A DNA stretch of 63,989 nucleotides, counting the filler, from Porpidia crustulata (lineage: Eukaryota), in the NCBI GenBank assembly GCA_964255105.1. It is 3 parts of 3 records of this genome, joined end to end, with 100 filler letters (N's around TTAATTAATTAA, not from the genome) between each part and the next. Parts side by side here need not be neighbours in the genome. Positions count along the whole stretch, not along the records: positions 22,777 to 45,444 come from CAXUWE010000084.1; 2 more parts are not named here. One strand, written 5' to 3'. Below, one piece after another: positions 25,650 to 37,672 of this stretch (positions are counted from its first letter, which is position 1; each line of letters opens with the position of its first letter). A model generated the notes under the pieces. The model ran no database searches. It was not told where the DNA came from and saw nothing but the letters and a program-made list of their open reading frames with translations. The translations under genes were made by a program, and so were the position numbers.

Positions 25650-26590
25650 TGCGGCAACCGTGAAGTCCAAGTGACGCTCTGGAAGAGGCGAATCCTCAAC
25701 GCAGTCGCAATTGAGTTGGAATCCAGTGGTAGTCCATGAAGCTCATTACGAGTAGTCAGGGTTAGAGAAGGTTCTGCGAAGATGCACCGCCCAGAGAATT
25801 GGAGTTGCCACCAAAGGACATGAAGCTCTCACAGTGGACAGTGGAAGGTGGGTGGACAAGGGTATGGCTCCGTGTAGTGGGGTACAGCACTTGAGGTTAG
25901 GCAGGGACGACAATTGTGGATCGCTTAGCAGCTTGAGAGTTGAATATGAGGAGATATCAAAATGGCGCGCAGGTCAATTAGGTAGTCAAGAAGGTAGGGT
26001 AGTAATAAAGGGAGAAAAGCCTTCTCACACGACATTTACGAAAGGTCTCAGTAGTCGTGCAAGTCATGACTTCTTTGACTACGTTACTAGTCCTAAACTT
26101 ACCATACTCAATACTTCATTATTACCTGAAATTTGAGAGAAAACGGCGGTTAGCGTCCATCGTATGGAACAGCCACAGGCATTAAAGTACTGGCCTGCAT
26201 TTGGCCTGCGATGATCATTTCATCCATTTGTACCAGCAAGACAGCTTGTCAATAACTTATGAACTTTACTGAGTTGAATCGCACTCGTCTACGCTTCTCG
26301 TTCGCCAGATAGCCATTTGAATGCAACTCGAGATTAGCATCCATGCATAACCCACATGTTGACAGTGATACTAATATTTTACAACCCCAAGTCTCGAGAA
26401 CGCAATGCTAGGCACTGGGCGTCTCCACTCGTGCTATTGTACACGCCATGCCTGGCTAATGTTCCAAAATGAATGGCACTGCTCCTCCAACACCGCTTAC
26501 AGCTGATACTCGCTCGTGCATGTTACAGACTGCTGAGTGTTAGCACTACTTACTCTATCTTGATGTTCCGACATGCCTTATGTGTCAGCT

Positions 26591-29500
26591 TTAGTCAAGA
26601 ACGATGACCTCCTTCTCTATTCTCTGGCCTCGTGATCCGAGGTATCGATCATTGTTTACCGAGTGCGATATTCGATAATCATCCACTACTTGAGGCTGGT
26701 CCGGTAATTGAGCGGGAAATGTATTCGTAATTTTGCTGTGAAGTGATGGCTGCTGCAATTTTCTATTATAGACCCTAGATGCTCAGAATGTTAGCTCTAC
26801 TCAATAATGGGGAATGAGATATTGGTCCATATGAATCCGTGGCCTCTGCAGGTCGTACCATTGAGATTCCTGCGACTTCGGCGCAGCTTGGGATGATGGT
26901 CTTTGGTCTGGTCTTGGTGGTCTTGGTAACTGTGGAAAGTGTACGTCTGGGTGATTTCCCTTGGATCGAAGCGGGCTGACAGACCTAGTAGACTGATCCT
27001 GGGTTTCGGCATGGGGTTGCACGCTTGGTAGGTTTGAAACCAATTTGTCGTAATGACTTAGCCGCCACTGTTCATGGTGATCCGGCCCAAGCTTGGCGGG
27101 AGAGTGTCTACTCTTACCATACTGCATGTTGGCATAGCCTGCGCGTCGTGTTAGAGAGCCAGTATCATTCGCCTCAATAAGATGCTCATCACGCTCTGGT
27201 CGATAATCTAAATCTCTGCGTCCAACTTGCCTTGCTGCCTCATATCGCTCAAAGTGCAATGATCCTGTGCGGTGGGTGGTGCTTTCCTCTATTCTCCCAT
27301 CACCACTTGGATTGAACTGATCACCATGAGGCAGAGAGACATATGAGTTGACAGGCCCATGTGATCTACAAACATGCTTGTGGAAGGTGTGAGAAATTGG
27401 AGAGGATTGACGTGAATCAACCTGGTTGGGAAGGGGCTTAGAAACGAGACTAGTCTGCTCCCTACTGCGTGCACTCGAGAGCTGGATTTGGAAATGTTCG
27501 CCGGCTGCAAAATGCTGGCTTTTAGCATCCACAATATATCGTTGCTGATGAACGCCCCGATGAGAAGAATTGGTAGTGTGAGAAGGCCATTGCTTGTCAT
27601 GGCCGTTGGTAATGTCAATACGACGAGAAAGCACCACGTGCTCTCGCTCGTCCGGAAGCCTTCTCCTGGACCCATGTCCTGATTGGGTAGACTGCCAGCC
27701 AGCCAAGAGGTTTTCTCTCTGACTACTTGGGGCGACAAGAACAGTCCTCTGTGGTTCATGAGCAACATTCACAAGCCTAGATTGTTCTTCTGGCAACGAT
27801 GTGAAATCTTCAACTCGCCGCCATTTTGGATCTGTTTGATCCCAGTGTTTGTCCGTACGAGGTACTGGAGGCGAGGGGCCTCTTGTTCTTACGAGAGTAT
27901 TTGAATGCGGGAAAGCAGAAAACTCTTGCTCGACACGCCTCTCGAGGAGAACAGGCTGGTTTCTCACGTTCTGCGAAGCAACCTCAATTGAAGGAAGGAC
28001 TCTCTCAGAATGACGATGTGATAAGTGGGGAGAGGGATTACGATGAACGTTTACACCAAGTTCTCGCTCGGGAAGTTGAGTACCTACTAGTCTTTGGCTC
28101 TCTAGGGTATATAGCATCCTCGGTTGTATAGCTTGAGTTTTAGAGTACGGGGAAGGTTCCTGGTAGATTCTTCTAACGTCCGCTGCGCTAATAGAATCAT
28201 GCAGCGGCCGTCTCACAAAATCTGGCTGTTGCTGCACCACATAAGATACCTGCTGTTACTTAGCGAAACGAACAATACATTCCGAAAAGTCGACTTAGCG
28301 ATGACTGCCAGCATCACTATATCAAGAAATAAACCTCACTCACCGGTCCTTGTACGCTATAATTGTCTCTTGACGGTTCTCCGTTATAATTAGTGTCATA
28401 TCTACCTTCTACGCGATTGTTAAACAACGGCATCGTCTTTTGGCTTGGCTCATGCCTAGCTGGTGCCTTTCCTACATACTCAATCAGGTGAGATTGGTGC
28501 GCCTTATTCTCGGGCCGTTGAGAGCGATACCCAGCATGGTCCTCAACCAAAAGCCCATGGTTGGGCCTTGCTACTCCGGGAACGACAAGGGAATTCTCCA
28601 TTGGGTAGAACGGTCCTGGTTCTTTTCGGCGGCGATGTAATGCTTCTTCCCATATACGGTTGCGATAAACTCCCATGCGATCCACCTTTTCAAGACCATA
28701 GTGACCCACCTGGTGATGAAGAGGATGATTCTTTTGTATGTATCTGACTGCTCCAGTAGTATCCATGTCTGGACTATATGCCGGGTCAGGATTAGCTCGG
28801 TCGTTCATCTTACTGTATTCTATAGGTCGGATCTGCACTACATCCGGGGTCCCACGATCCGATACAATTTCAATGCTGTCTTCGCGATCAGAATGAACAC
28901 CATCTATAGCGTTAAGGTTATAGCTTGCGTCATCCTCATCATCATCAGGTATGACGATGACTTCTCGAAGGATACCTTCCATAGCATTTGGATCGTCGTC
29001 ATCATCCCGACGCCAAGTCAACAGTTTGTCTAGAGTTCCTTGCTCGACTTTTGACCGAGCCAGGAGGTAATCTCCTTTCTTGAGTAGTTTGTCATAATCT
29101 GTGTACACATGCCTGATATGTGCTACTACAGCGAGCTGCACGCGGCGGGCTAAAGGGAGCTCAACCGCAGTTCCTACACGTTCTTTACCCTGCAAAAGTC
29201 AGCATTTTTACGGAACCATTACTTTAATGCCTACTTTTTGAAAAGCTCTGGAGATGATCTGATGCAGATCTTTGTCCGGGATTCTCGGAAACAGATCTCT
29301 TATTGCTTCCCGCGCCTGTGTATCTAGAGTCGCCTGGGAAACATCTGATGATGAGGGTTTGTGGTATGAATTGGCTAGTCCAATATTTGCCGACGCTTTA
29401 CTCTTGAAGAGCGCATGGAAGGGGTTTGACTCGTTCAGCACAACATGGCCAGATCGTGTCAATGACACACCGAGACTCATGCAAGCTCGTTCAACGACAG

Positions 29501-29950
29501 AGTTTGGAAAATGGTATCCAACGCGATGCACTTCTTGGGATAGGATACGTTGGTTTGAGTGTGTCTTGGTCTATTTCAAGGTCAACCCTGTTGAGCATCT
29601 AATTATTTATAATACAACTCACAGACACCACATGGATTTTTAGCCCCTCCTCTCTTGCAAGCAGCTTACACCGGTTGGTAAGCTGGGGGTCCCCGGCAGG
29701 TATAAATGTGTATCCCAGAGGAGGCCTGGCTTGAAAAGACAACTAAATTGAGAGACTCATTTCAGCTCCGTGACCAGTGCCCTCATACTGCGCGACATAC
29801 AACAGTCAAAAGCTTCCTCTTCTTCTCCCTTACTTGCTCCAAGACGACTTTGTAAGGCTTTCTGCGCTGCAGCGCAGCTTTGTGTTTCACCACTGCTGGA
29901 GCGGGTCCTGCAGGACCAGCACGATGGCGACCTTTGGCCACTCGAGCCAT
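26591..29950 (-). CDS. DUF2293-domain protein with long low-complexity C-terminus
   Basis: AREAIRDLFPRIP...RAFQKG-KERVG...RRVQLAVVAHIRHVYTDYDKLL; spliced last exon ends KEVIVLD*; exon boundaries approximate. Confidence 0.75.
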
Positions 29951-30331
29951 CCCGTGGACTATGTCAAAATGGTCCCAATCCTAGTAATTATGGCTCTGGA
30001 GATACTGGCAGTATTAGTTCCTCACAGTCTGCACTGTCGTGACCGTCGTCAAAGACGCTTCACATTGTTGCGTTTCACATCGATCCTGAAGGCTCTACAG
30101 TCCATTGCAGATAAGTCTGTCATGCCTACAATTGAGAACAACACAGAGCACCTAATGGTGAACTTGTCCGTTGACTTGGTTTGCGCTATTGACAAGGTTT
30201 GGGAGGTACGATAGGTAGATGCTGCGGCCCGACACGCTAGGAAAATGCGGTTGAGGTCTAAGCGTACGAAGTATGGTAGCCCTTCACCTACGATTGAAAG
30301 TTCAACCGCGACTGAGAGTAAGTGGGATCTT

Positions 30332-30840
30332 ATGTCATCTAGCAATTTAGAAGTATTGCGATCGTATCGCAACTTGTATCGCCATGGCTTGCGTGCTGTG
30401 CGTTATTCTTCCCCTGCTCGTTATACTCTGAGAGATTACCTTCAACATGCTTTCCGCACCGGCATCGCTATCGATCTAAATATACAGAAGGTTGAAAACA
30501 CGATTCAATTCCTAATTAACGCAGGCAGAGACAATGGCCTAGAGCATCGGATCTTGAAGAACCTGCTCCATGTTCGCTGGTGGCAGGCGCAGACGAGATT
30601 GCATCGAAAAAGGCTTGTTTTTGGTCGCGAACACCTACCGGTCAAACACTGACAATTTCTTTTAGCCAGAAGACGTTGAGCAAGAGTAACACCGCCACGG
30701 ACGATAAGATTCGAAAGAATGCCTTCTATCATTACAACGTCACTCTCAAGATACTCAACGCAAGCATGAACCTATGTCTTCCAGACTCAGACGTGAAGGG
30801 CATCGAAGTCCAAAACTCGCAGGCTATAAATGGGCTTTGA
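30332..30840 (+). CDS. Small LYR-like mitochondrial protein (DUF1763/Irc19-like)
   Basis: VLRSYRNLYRHGLRAVRYSSPARYTLRDYLQHAFR...NTIQFL...GLEHRILKNL; last exon AFYHYNVTLKILNASMNLCL. Confidence 0.7.
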
Positions 30841-30852
30841 TCTTTCAACCCG

Positions 30853-31604
30853 TCAGGCCCCTTTGTACTCGTACCTTGATCTCTCCAACTCTTCAAAATC
30901 CACGGAATGCTCTAATTGTCTTACAATCATGATAATCGAGAACACAACTAGCTTCTTATCAGGTTGTACTCGCGGCGAAGAAAACCCCGTACTTACGACC
31001 AGGCAGAAAACAAAGCACCCAAAAGTTCTCGTGCACTCCATACTTGTTCCTCAAGGTGAATGAATTCAGCCCAATTAGCAAGCTCAGCCCGCCGTTCAAC
31101 GAACACAAGTATCGATGGAAAGGGCCTGGTTCTGGTTGTGGGTGAAGCCTACTAAAACCAGTCTGCCTACGACTGTAAGGCTCAGGCTTTGGATTTGGGA
31201 GGAGGGCCAAGATGTAGGCCGTGGTGAACAGCGACGTGATTCCAAGAATGCTTATGGCTTTCGCCTGCCATATTCGAGACATGAACAGGGACGGTAGAAA
31301 TGTCATGGCAGAGATGACAGGAATCGCAAGGAAGATGCGCTGGGGAAGTTTAGCTTGGTCATATATGTTTTGGCTGTACATAGACCACAATCAGTACCTT
31401 ATATTGCTCATTGCGCTCTTCTACCTCATTCTTGAGCCTCTTAATTAGGTTATCCTGTTCTTCACAAACTCTATTAATTGTCTGGATCTACTTTGCTCAG
31501 CAAAGATTGCATCTACCTTCTTCGTCGAGGTGTTCGGGTAGATCGTCATCGTCATCATGTTCTGAGGGGTATTTGAACGTTTTTCGCAATTGTGCAGCCG
31601 CCAT
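30853..31604 (-). CDS. Conserved-looking fungal multi-pass membrane protein of unknown function
   Basis: MAAAQLRKTFKYPSEHDDDDD..., hydrophobic segments, last exon VDFEELERSRYEYKGA*. Confidence 0.65.
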
Positions 31605-31720
31605 GTAGGGTAGATTTAGAGAAAGCGACCCTCGGCCGCTTGTCATGACAAGAACCTCGCTTCGGTCTATCTAGACCCGCTTCATTCGAAGGCTTCAGAC
31701 ATCACTTCAGTCGCAAATTA

Positions 31721-32395
31721 ATGTCTAATCGGCTTTCAATCTTACTCTCGCGGTTCATTTTACGTCGGCCACCACCTCGTCCATCTCTCCCCAGGACACA
31801 GTTTCGCCATGGACGCCCCGAACCTCAGCGCCGTACCCTTATCGCCGCTCCGACCCGCAACTCCGGCCCTCTCATGACTAGACGCCCTGACCGTGAGCTC
31901 CCAGACATTACCTCGTCGTTCCGTATCTGGATGCGTACTTTACCAATCTTCCTCGCCATCATCACCGCTTCCACACTCGCGATCTTCAACTACCAAAAAG
32001 CTTCTTCCAGCATTGTTAACTCTACGCTATACGCATTGCGCACAAGTGAAGCTGGCAAGAGAGAATTAGGAGAGAATATATATTTCAGAGACAAGTTTCC
32101 ATGGATTTGGGGAGAGATGAATCAATTGCACGGTAGAATTGATGTGCGATTCGGTGTTAAAGGGACGCATGGAAGGGGCCAGATGAGGTTCAAGAGCATT
32201 AGGAAGACGAGGATGGGATACGTGGGTCCTACATTGTAAATATGTGAACAATGTCATAGGCTGACGCTCTAGGGGCAGTTTGAAACGCAAGAGTGGAGTT
32301 TGGAACTGGAAGATGGGAGCAAAATAGACTTGCTGGAAGAGAACAGAGCGGACCCGTTCAAAAATACAGCAATGCAGGCTGAAGCAAAGACTTGA
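31721..32395 (+). CDS. Coa1-family (DUF1783) mitochondrial inner-membrane assembly factor
   Basis: Arg-rich presequence, TM LPIFLAIITASTLAIFNYQK, SSIVNSTLYALR, WIWGEMNQLHGRIDVRFGVKG; one intron near the 3' end. Confidence 0.8.
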
Positions 32396-33208
32396 AAAGT
32401 CTGGCTCGGACAATCTAGGAGGAAAATCTGTCTACCATGTTGCCGCTGAAGAAAGTTTACAATGGCAGTAGCAATAATTTACATTAACCTCAGCCTTTGA
32501 TGGGCTGGCGACACTTGGGTCCTTCTGTCTGGTTGTTGAATTCAACATTTGTACATAAAATGATAACTTGAGCTAAGCATCACATTTGGTAGTCTTTTCT
32601 TTAACATCGTGGTATTTTTGTTGGATATATGCGGGCATTCAGATTTTCATGGACCAGTGTCATGGCTGTCACGAAGAAGTGCAAAGAATCAGTGAATATC
32701 AATGGATTCGATTGACCATCAGATCAGGCGGCAGATTTGCTTGAGAGAGTTGGACTAATCAAGCTCAAGACTTCCTCTACCCAATTTCACTTGTGGCACT
32801 CGCTTTGTGTCGGAATCTAATGCGATCTTGAATCGATATTGCGAGAAGTCTAGTCGGTCAGATCGTTTCCTACCCACGATTGTATAGTTTCATACCTACA
32901 ATTCACAACTGCTGAAACTGAAGGATCTTATGTGACATTCGTTCTCCGTCTTCCTGAAGATCTTGTATGCAGGCGCTTCAGGACCAAGATCTGGAGGCAT
33001 AGTCAAAATAGGATGCCAGGAGCTAGTATGTATTTTACAACTTGATGCTACCTTAGTGATGTTTTGTAACTCGATATACCTTAGGTGCTTAGAAACTCGG
33101 TATCGTATACTCATCAGCGCCTCTCGGCACTGTACCTTCGATGTTTGCATTAAGAATGTCCAACTTTTGTTTACTCGCACGAACCTGAAACGCACTGCAG
33201 TACCTGCT

Positions 33209-34163
33209 ATGGCTTCGAAGGCATGCCAGAATGTTTTCCAGCTACCGCCTTCGTTCCTCTTGCCCCGGGTGGCATTGAGCCATATCTCGCAGCGTGGTAT
33301 TAAATCTCTCTTCAGACCTCGACCAAATCGCTTCAATCTCGGCCAAGGCCTTCCTTTATTGGAGTCGACCACTGCTGCAGCTCTTACACGGAAAGCGATC
33401 TCGACCCCTCTGCGTACTGGTGCTATCGCCACCAAAAAGGGAATGACCGCAATGTACGACCCAGATACCGGACGGCGTTTTCCCTGCACCGTCCTGCAGA
33501 TGGATCGAGTCCAAGTTGTTGCGCATAAGACTAGGCAACGGAATGGCTACTACGCTGTCCAGGTTGGAAGTGGTTGGAAGCATCCAAGTAATGTGACACG
33601 GCCTTTGTTGGGTCATTTCGCCGAGAACCGCGTAAGCCCGAAGCGACATCTGGTCGAATTCAAGGTTCTGGATGAAAGAGGCCTATTGGGAGTGGGAGAG
33701 ATGATTGGAGCTGGCTGGTTTCAGGAAGGGCAATTCGTCGACGCAAGAGCAAATTGCCGAGGAATGGGCTTTGCCGGTGTCATGAAGAGACATGGTTTCA
33801 AAGGTCAAGGAGCATCACACGGTGTATCTTTGACCCACAGAGCAATGGGTTCTGCCGGGCAATCACAAGGCGGTGGTTCTAGGGTTTATCCTGGGAAGAA
33901 AATGGCTGGTCGGATGGGTGGACAGCAAGTTACAACTCAGAACGTCAAGGTCATGAAAGTGGACGTAGAAAAGGGACTAGTCGTGCTTAGTGGTATTTGC
34001 TGTAGTACTACAGAGTAGGATGCTTAGACTAACACATAACGCAGGAAGTATCGCGGGCCCTGATGGATGCTTGGTAAAAGTATCAGATGCGATAAAAAAA
34101 CCATGGCCGGATGTATCTTTATCGGCAACGCCACTCCAACCTACGATGGATGTGACAGTCTGA
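33209..34163 (+). CDS. MRPL9: Mitochondrial ribosomal protein uL3m
   Basis: RTGAIATKKGMT, GYYAVQVG, GMGFAGVMKRHGFKG, ASHGVSLTHR, RVYPGKKMAGRMGG; last exon SIAGPDGCLVKVSDAIKK. Confidence 0.93.
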
Positions 34164-35314
34164 ACTTCAAGCCATAGCAAAAGCTTGAGCTGCCCCGTGG
34201 GTGTTTATACACGTAAAAAAGAGATTTCGGAGGTCTACGCAATCCCATGAGCTGGCAGTCGTTCAGTTGGCCATCTTCAAAAGATCAGACCTGAATTCGA
34301 CCATAGTCGATCTCCAGCTCGGGGGCTACATTCAGGACTATAAGATCCTGGGAATCCTCGCGCAGAAAGACTTCGCTGTCTTACGGAGTTACAGTGTAAC
34401 CATCAGAAATGCTGCTTTACGCCATGAACCAGATGGAAACTGCTTACGGAAAAGCCCAACGTTTTGGTTCGTGTAACTTTTCCAGTACCCAAGGAACACA
34501 AACTGTTAGCGTGGGCGTGAAAAGCGTGTTTAGGGCGACTTGATTGATCTTAAAGCAACAATCACTCATAGTGAAATGAACGGTTTGATTTATTGTGAAT
34601 TCATATGTATGAGTAGTAATCACAGCCCCGTACCATATACCGGACACGTTCCAACCGAAAGGATCCAATACCTATTTAGCCGCAACTAATTGCAGCTCTT
34701 ACCAACCTGCAGGATTGTACTTCACCGTATTGTTGAACCGTAAAATTATAAACCCCAAAACCCGTGCCCACATACAGTCAGCGTTGCAACATTTAGTGTA
34801 TTATTAAATTTCTGACTAAACGCTTCTCCGTTTTTGCAATTGGTCCGATGTCAAAGCTAAAATTGGAACAAATCACCTTCACAGATCCACTTCCCCTTAG
34901 CTACTCAATAACAACAATCACAACCATCAGGCAGGCGAGAATACTCAATCTCCTCACCTGCGTTCGAACTGTCAGACAATTGCTTATTTAGGTTTTGATC
35001 CACATCAGTTGTGTTCTTCAGTAGCCGCCTTTCGAGATTGACCAGTAAGCTGCGGAGGAGGGGATCGAGTCGGTTTTGGAGGCAAGAGAAGGGGTAGCGA
35101 CCAATGGTTGGCACATCCTCAATCTGAGACGACTTCGCGACATTGCGAGACTGAGAATTCCGAAGCAAAACCGTCGTCGACAGAAGCGGTCCATTGCTCC
35201 TGTGTACATTATCTACATCTATCTTTGAATCTCGGCTCGATCCCAAATATCAGGCACCGCAGTCGGGCAATTCATCGCGAATGCTTATTTCGACCTGTCG
35301 CTGAATCTCTCAAA

Positions 35315-36600
35315 ATGTCCAATAATGCTACAGGTAAATTGCCTGCATATTGACTTTATTTTACGGCTATTGACCTTCACCAGTAACTCCGCCAGTCGTA
35401 CCGCAGGGACCATCTACCAGCACATCTTTCATTACTTCATCGGGTGCCCTCATAACATCAACTAATGTCCCGTCGACAACTGTTGAAACCACAATTTCTA
35501 CAACGCCATCAAGCTCATCTCAGTCCACATCATCATCGTCTTTCTCATCGCCTCCATCACAATCGTCTGCACCAGCGACCTCACAGACACCCACAGTCAT
35601 CGTAAGCACCTCTCTCACCACCAGACCAGCTTCAAACGATGGATCGACATCAGTACCACCTACGACGCTGTTAATCACGTCTACCCAAACAGCTGCGGTC
35701 TTCCCGTCAGGTCCAACTTCTAGCAGCTCTACTGAATCGAAATCTTCATCAACCTCGGCAGACCCTGCGTCTCTTCCAACTGCAGGCTCAACCGCGAACA
35801 ATTCTGGAGGCTTGGCTCCAGCTGCCAAAATTGCTGTAGCCGTGGTGGTTCCCATAGCCGTTGTTGCTCTACTTGTCCTTGCAGGGCTTTTCTTTTGGCG
35901 CAAACGGAAACAAAGAAAGGATGCAGAAGAGCTCCGCAGGAAGGAAGTAGAGGAATATGGGTTCAACCCCAACAATGATCCTACGCTCCCTGTCGTTGGA
36001 GTTGCGAGTAGTAATGGAGACGAGCCCGGGGAGATGAGGGAGACGGACGGTGCTGGATACCGCGGATGGGGAACAACTCCTGCGGCGCGCCAACCATCTA
36101 CTACTCTCTCGGGCGGAATTGGTGGTATAGGCATTGCGAGGTCTGGAAGCGGCAGCGATCCGGGGTATCATACCGGCTCACCTACAGCTCTCACATCGGA
36201 CGAGCAGTCTGAAGATCCGCTAGTCGGCAGTCCAAATGGCCGACCTACCACGGCCGATTCGGAGACTATCGGAGCTCTTGGGGTTGCGCCTACAGCGACT
36301 GGAAACCGTCAAGATCGCGACATCAAGAGAGGACCTTCGAACGCGTCTTCAGCCTACTCTGGCGCCCACAGATCCGACACCTCTGGGGAAGGTGCTGTTC
36401 CAGGAGGCGCTTCTGGACAACAATACTTCAATGACGGGTACTATGACGAAGGCATGCCCCAACATGGCCCGTATGGAGACGGCAGCTACGGTGGCGGACA
36501 GCCTGTCATCCGGGACGTACAGGCACGGAGAAATACAAGAATCGAAAACCCATCGGTCGTTCCACAGCAAGGAAACGCCGGCATTGCCCAGAACTTTTGA
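35315..36600 (+). CDS. Ser/Thr-rich single-pass membrane protein (Mid2/Wsc-like architecture)
   Basis: S/T-rich ectodomain, TM KIAVAVVVPIAVVALLVLAGLFFW then RKRK, cytoplasmic EEYGFNPNND, GYRGWG, VIRDVQARRNTRIE...GIAQNF*; start approximate. Confidence 0.75.
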
Positions 36601-37672
36601 GATGTGCTTGCATAGTTGTTTGTCTGGCGTTAGGCTTCGTTGTATGGATATGTTGAGAGCTTGTCAACCGATGGATTCCCCCAGGTCATTTGCCCTGGTT
36701 CACAAAGTCACCTAGTCAGGCGTAATTTCTCTTTTGTCGGATTCTTTGTTAGGCGGCACCTTAGTTGAGCGCCCGTCCATTTCGTCGCCTCTGGCGGAAC
36801 CATATTCTCACCCTATACATACATCTGCAAAAGTCATTTCCTATTTTCTATGCAATTCTTTGCTCGGAGGCACCGAGGCGAGGATCTACTATGCAATATT
36901 GCTGGATGACACATTTGGTACCTCAGGATGTAGTATTTGCTTGTAGATAGGGTTCGACGCAAGCTATTAATCCATCCAAAGCCCTGTAGGCTTTTGCTCC
37001 TTTATATACGCAGACTGACCACCCCGTACCGGCACTCATGATTTGCAGCGATGTCCCTGAGTTTATACATGATGTTAAGGTGAAACATTTGACTTTGAGA
37101 GAGTAAGGAATGGGTACATGGCGCAAGCGGTACATGCGTGTTATGTGTCGGTCGCCAATAGTATCTAAATATCTCCGTCAACGTGCCTGAATTGGGAGCC
37201 GTAATTGGTGGTATCGTACTTGTCTTCAACTCCTCGAGTACACGCTACTTGCACCACATCCCAAATGTCGACCAAGGTCTGGTGAAGAAGCTTTCCCCGC
37301 TTCTGCGAGTCACACTGATCTGTCTATGAACCGCTGTTATGACATGCAGTTCCCTCGCACGATCTGTGTCGAATAGAATTTTAGGTTAGACGGCAGCCCA
37401 TACACGACTTCTCGCCTCACCCTACCTCTCCACCTCTCTCGGCCTATCCATTGTTTTCATCGAGCAACAGAGTATTGCATTGGCTTCAGTAGACCCTTCT
37501 ACGTCATTGTGCCTGGCAGTATGCGTTCTGTTCGTTAAACATAGCAGATCCTATGCTAGTGCTGCTCGTAAATTTGCTGCATTTGTTCATTTTGCCTCTC
37601 TATGCTTTGTTTTTCTCGTACCTTGGCTGCGAGCTGCCGTACGACGTTAGGGGTACCTGCCTCTGAGCGACC

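Noticed and set aside
32963..33208. 82-aa N-terminal extension of the uL3m ORF
   Set aside because: Begins at a non-ATG codon and looks non-coding; MASKACQ at 33209 gives a plausible mitochondrial presequence.
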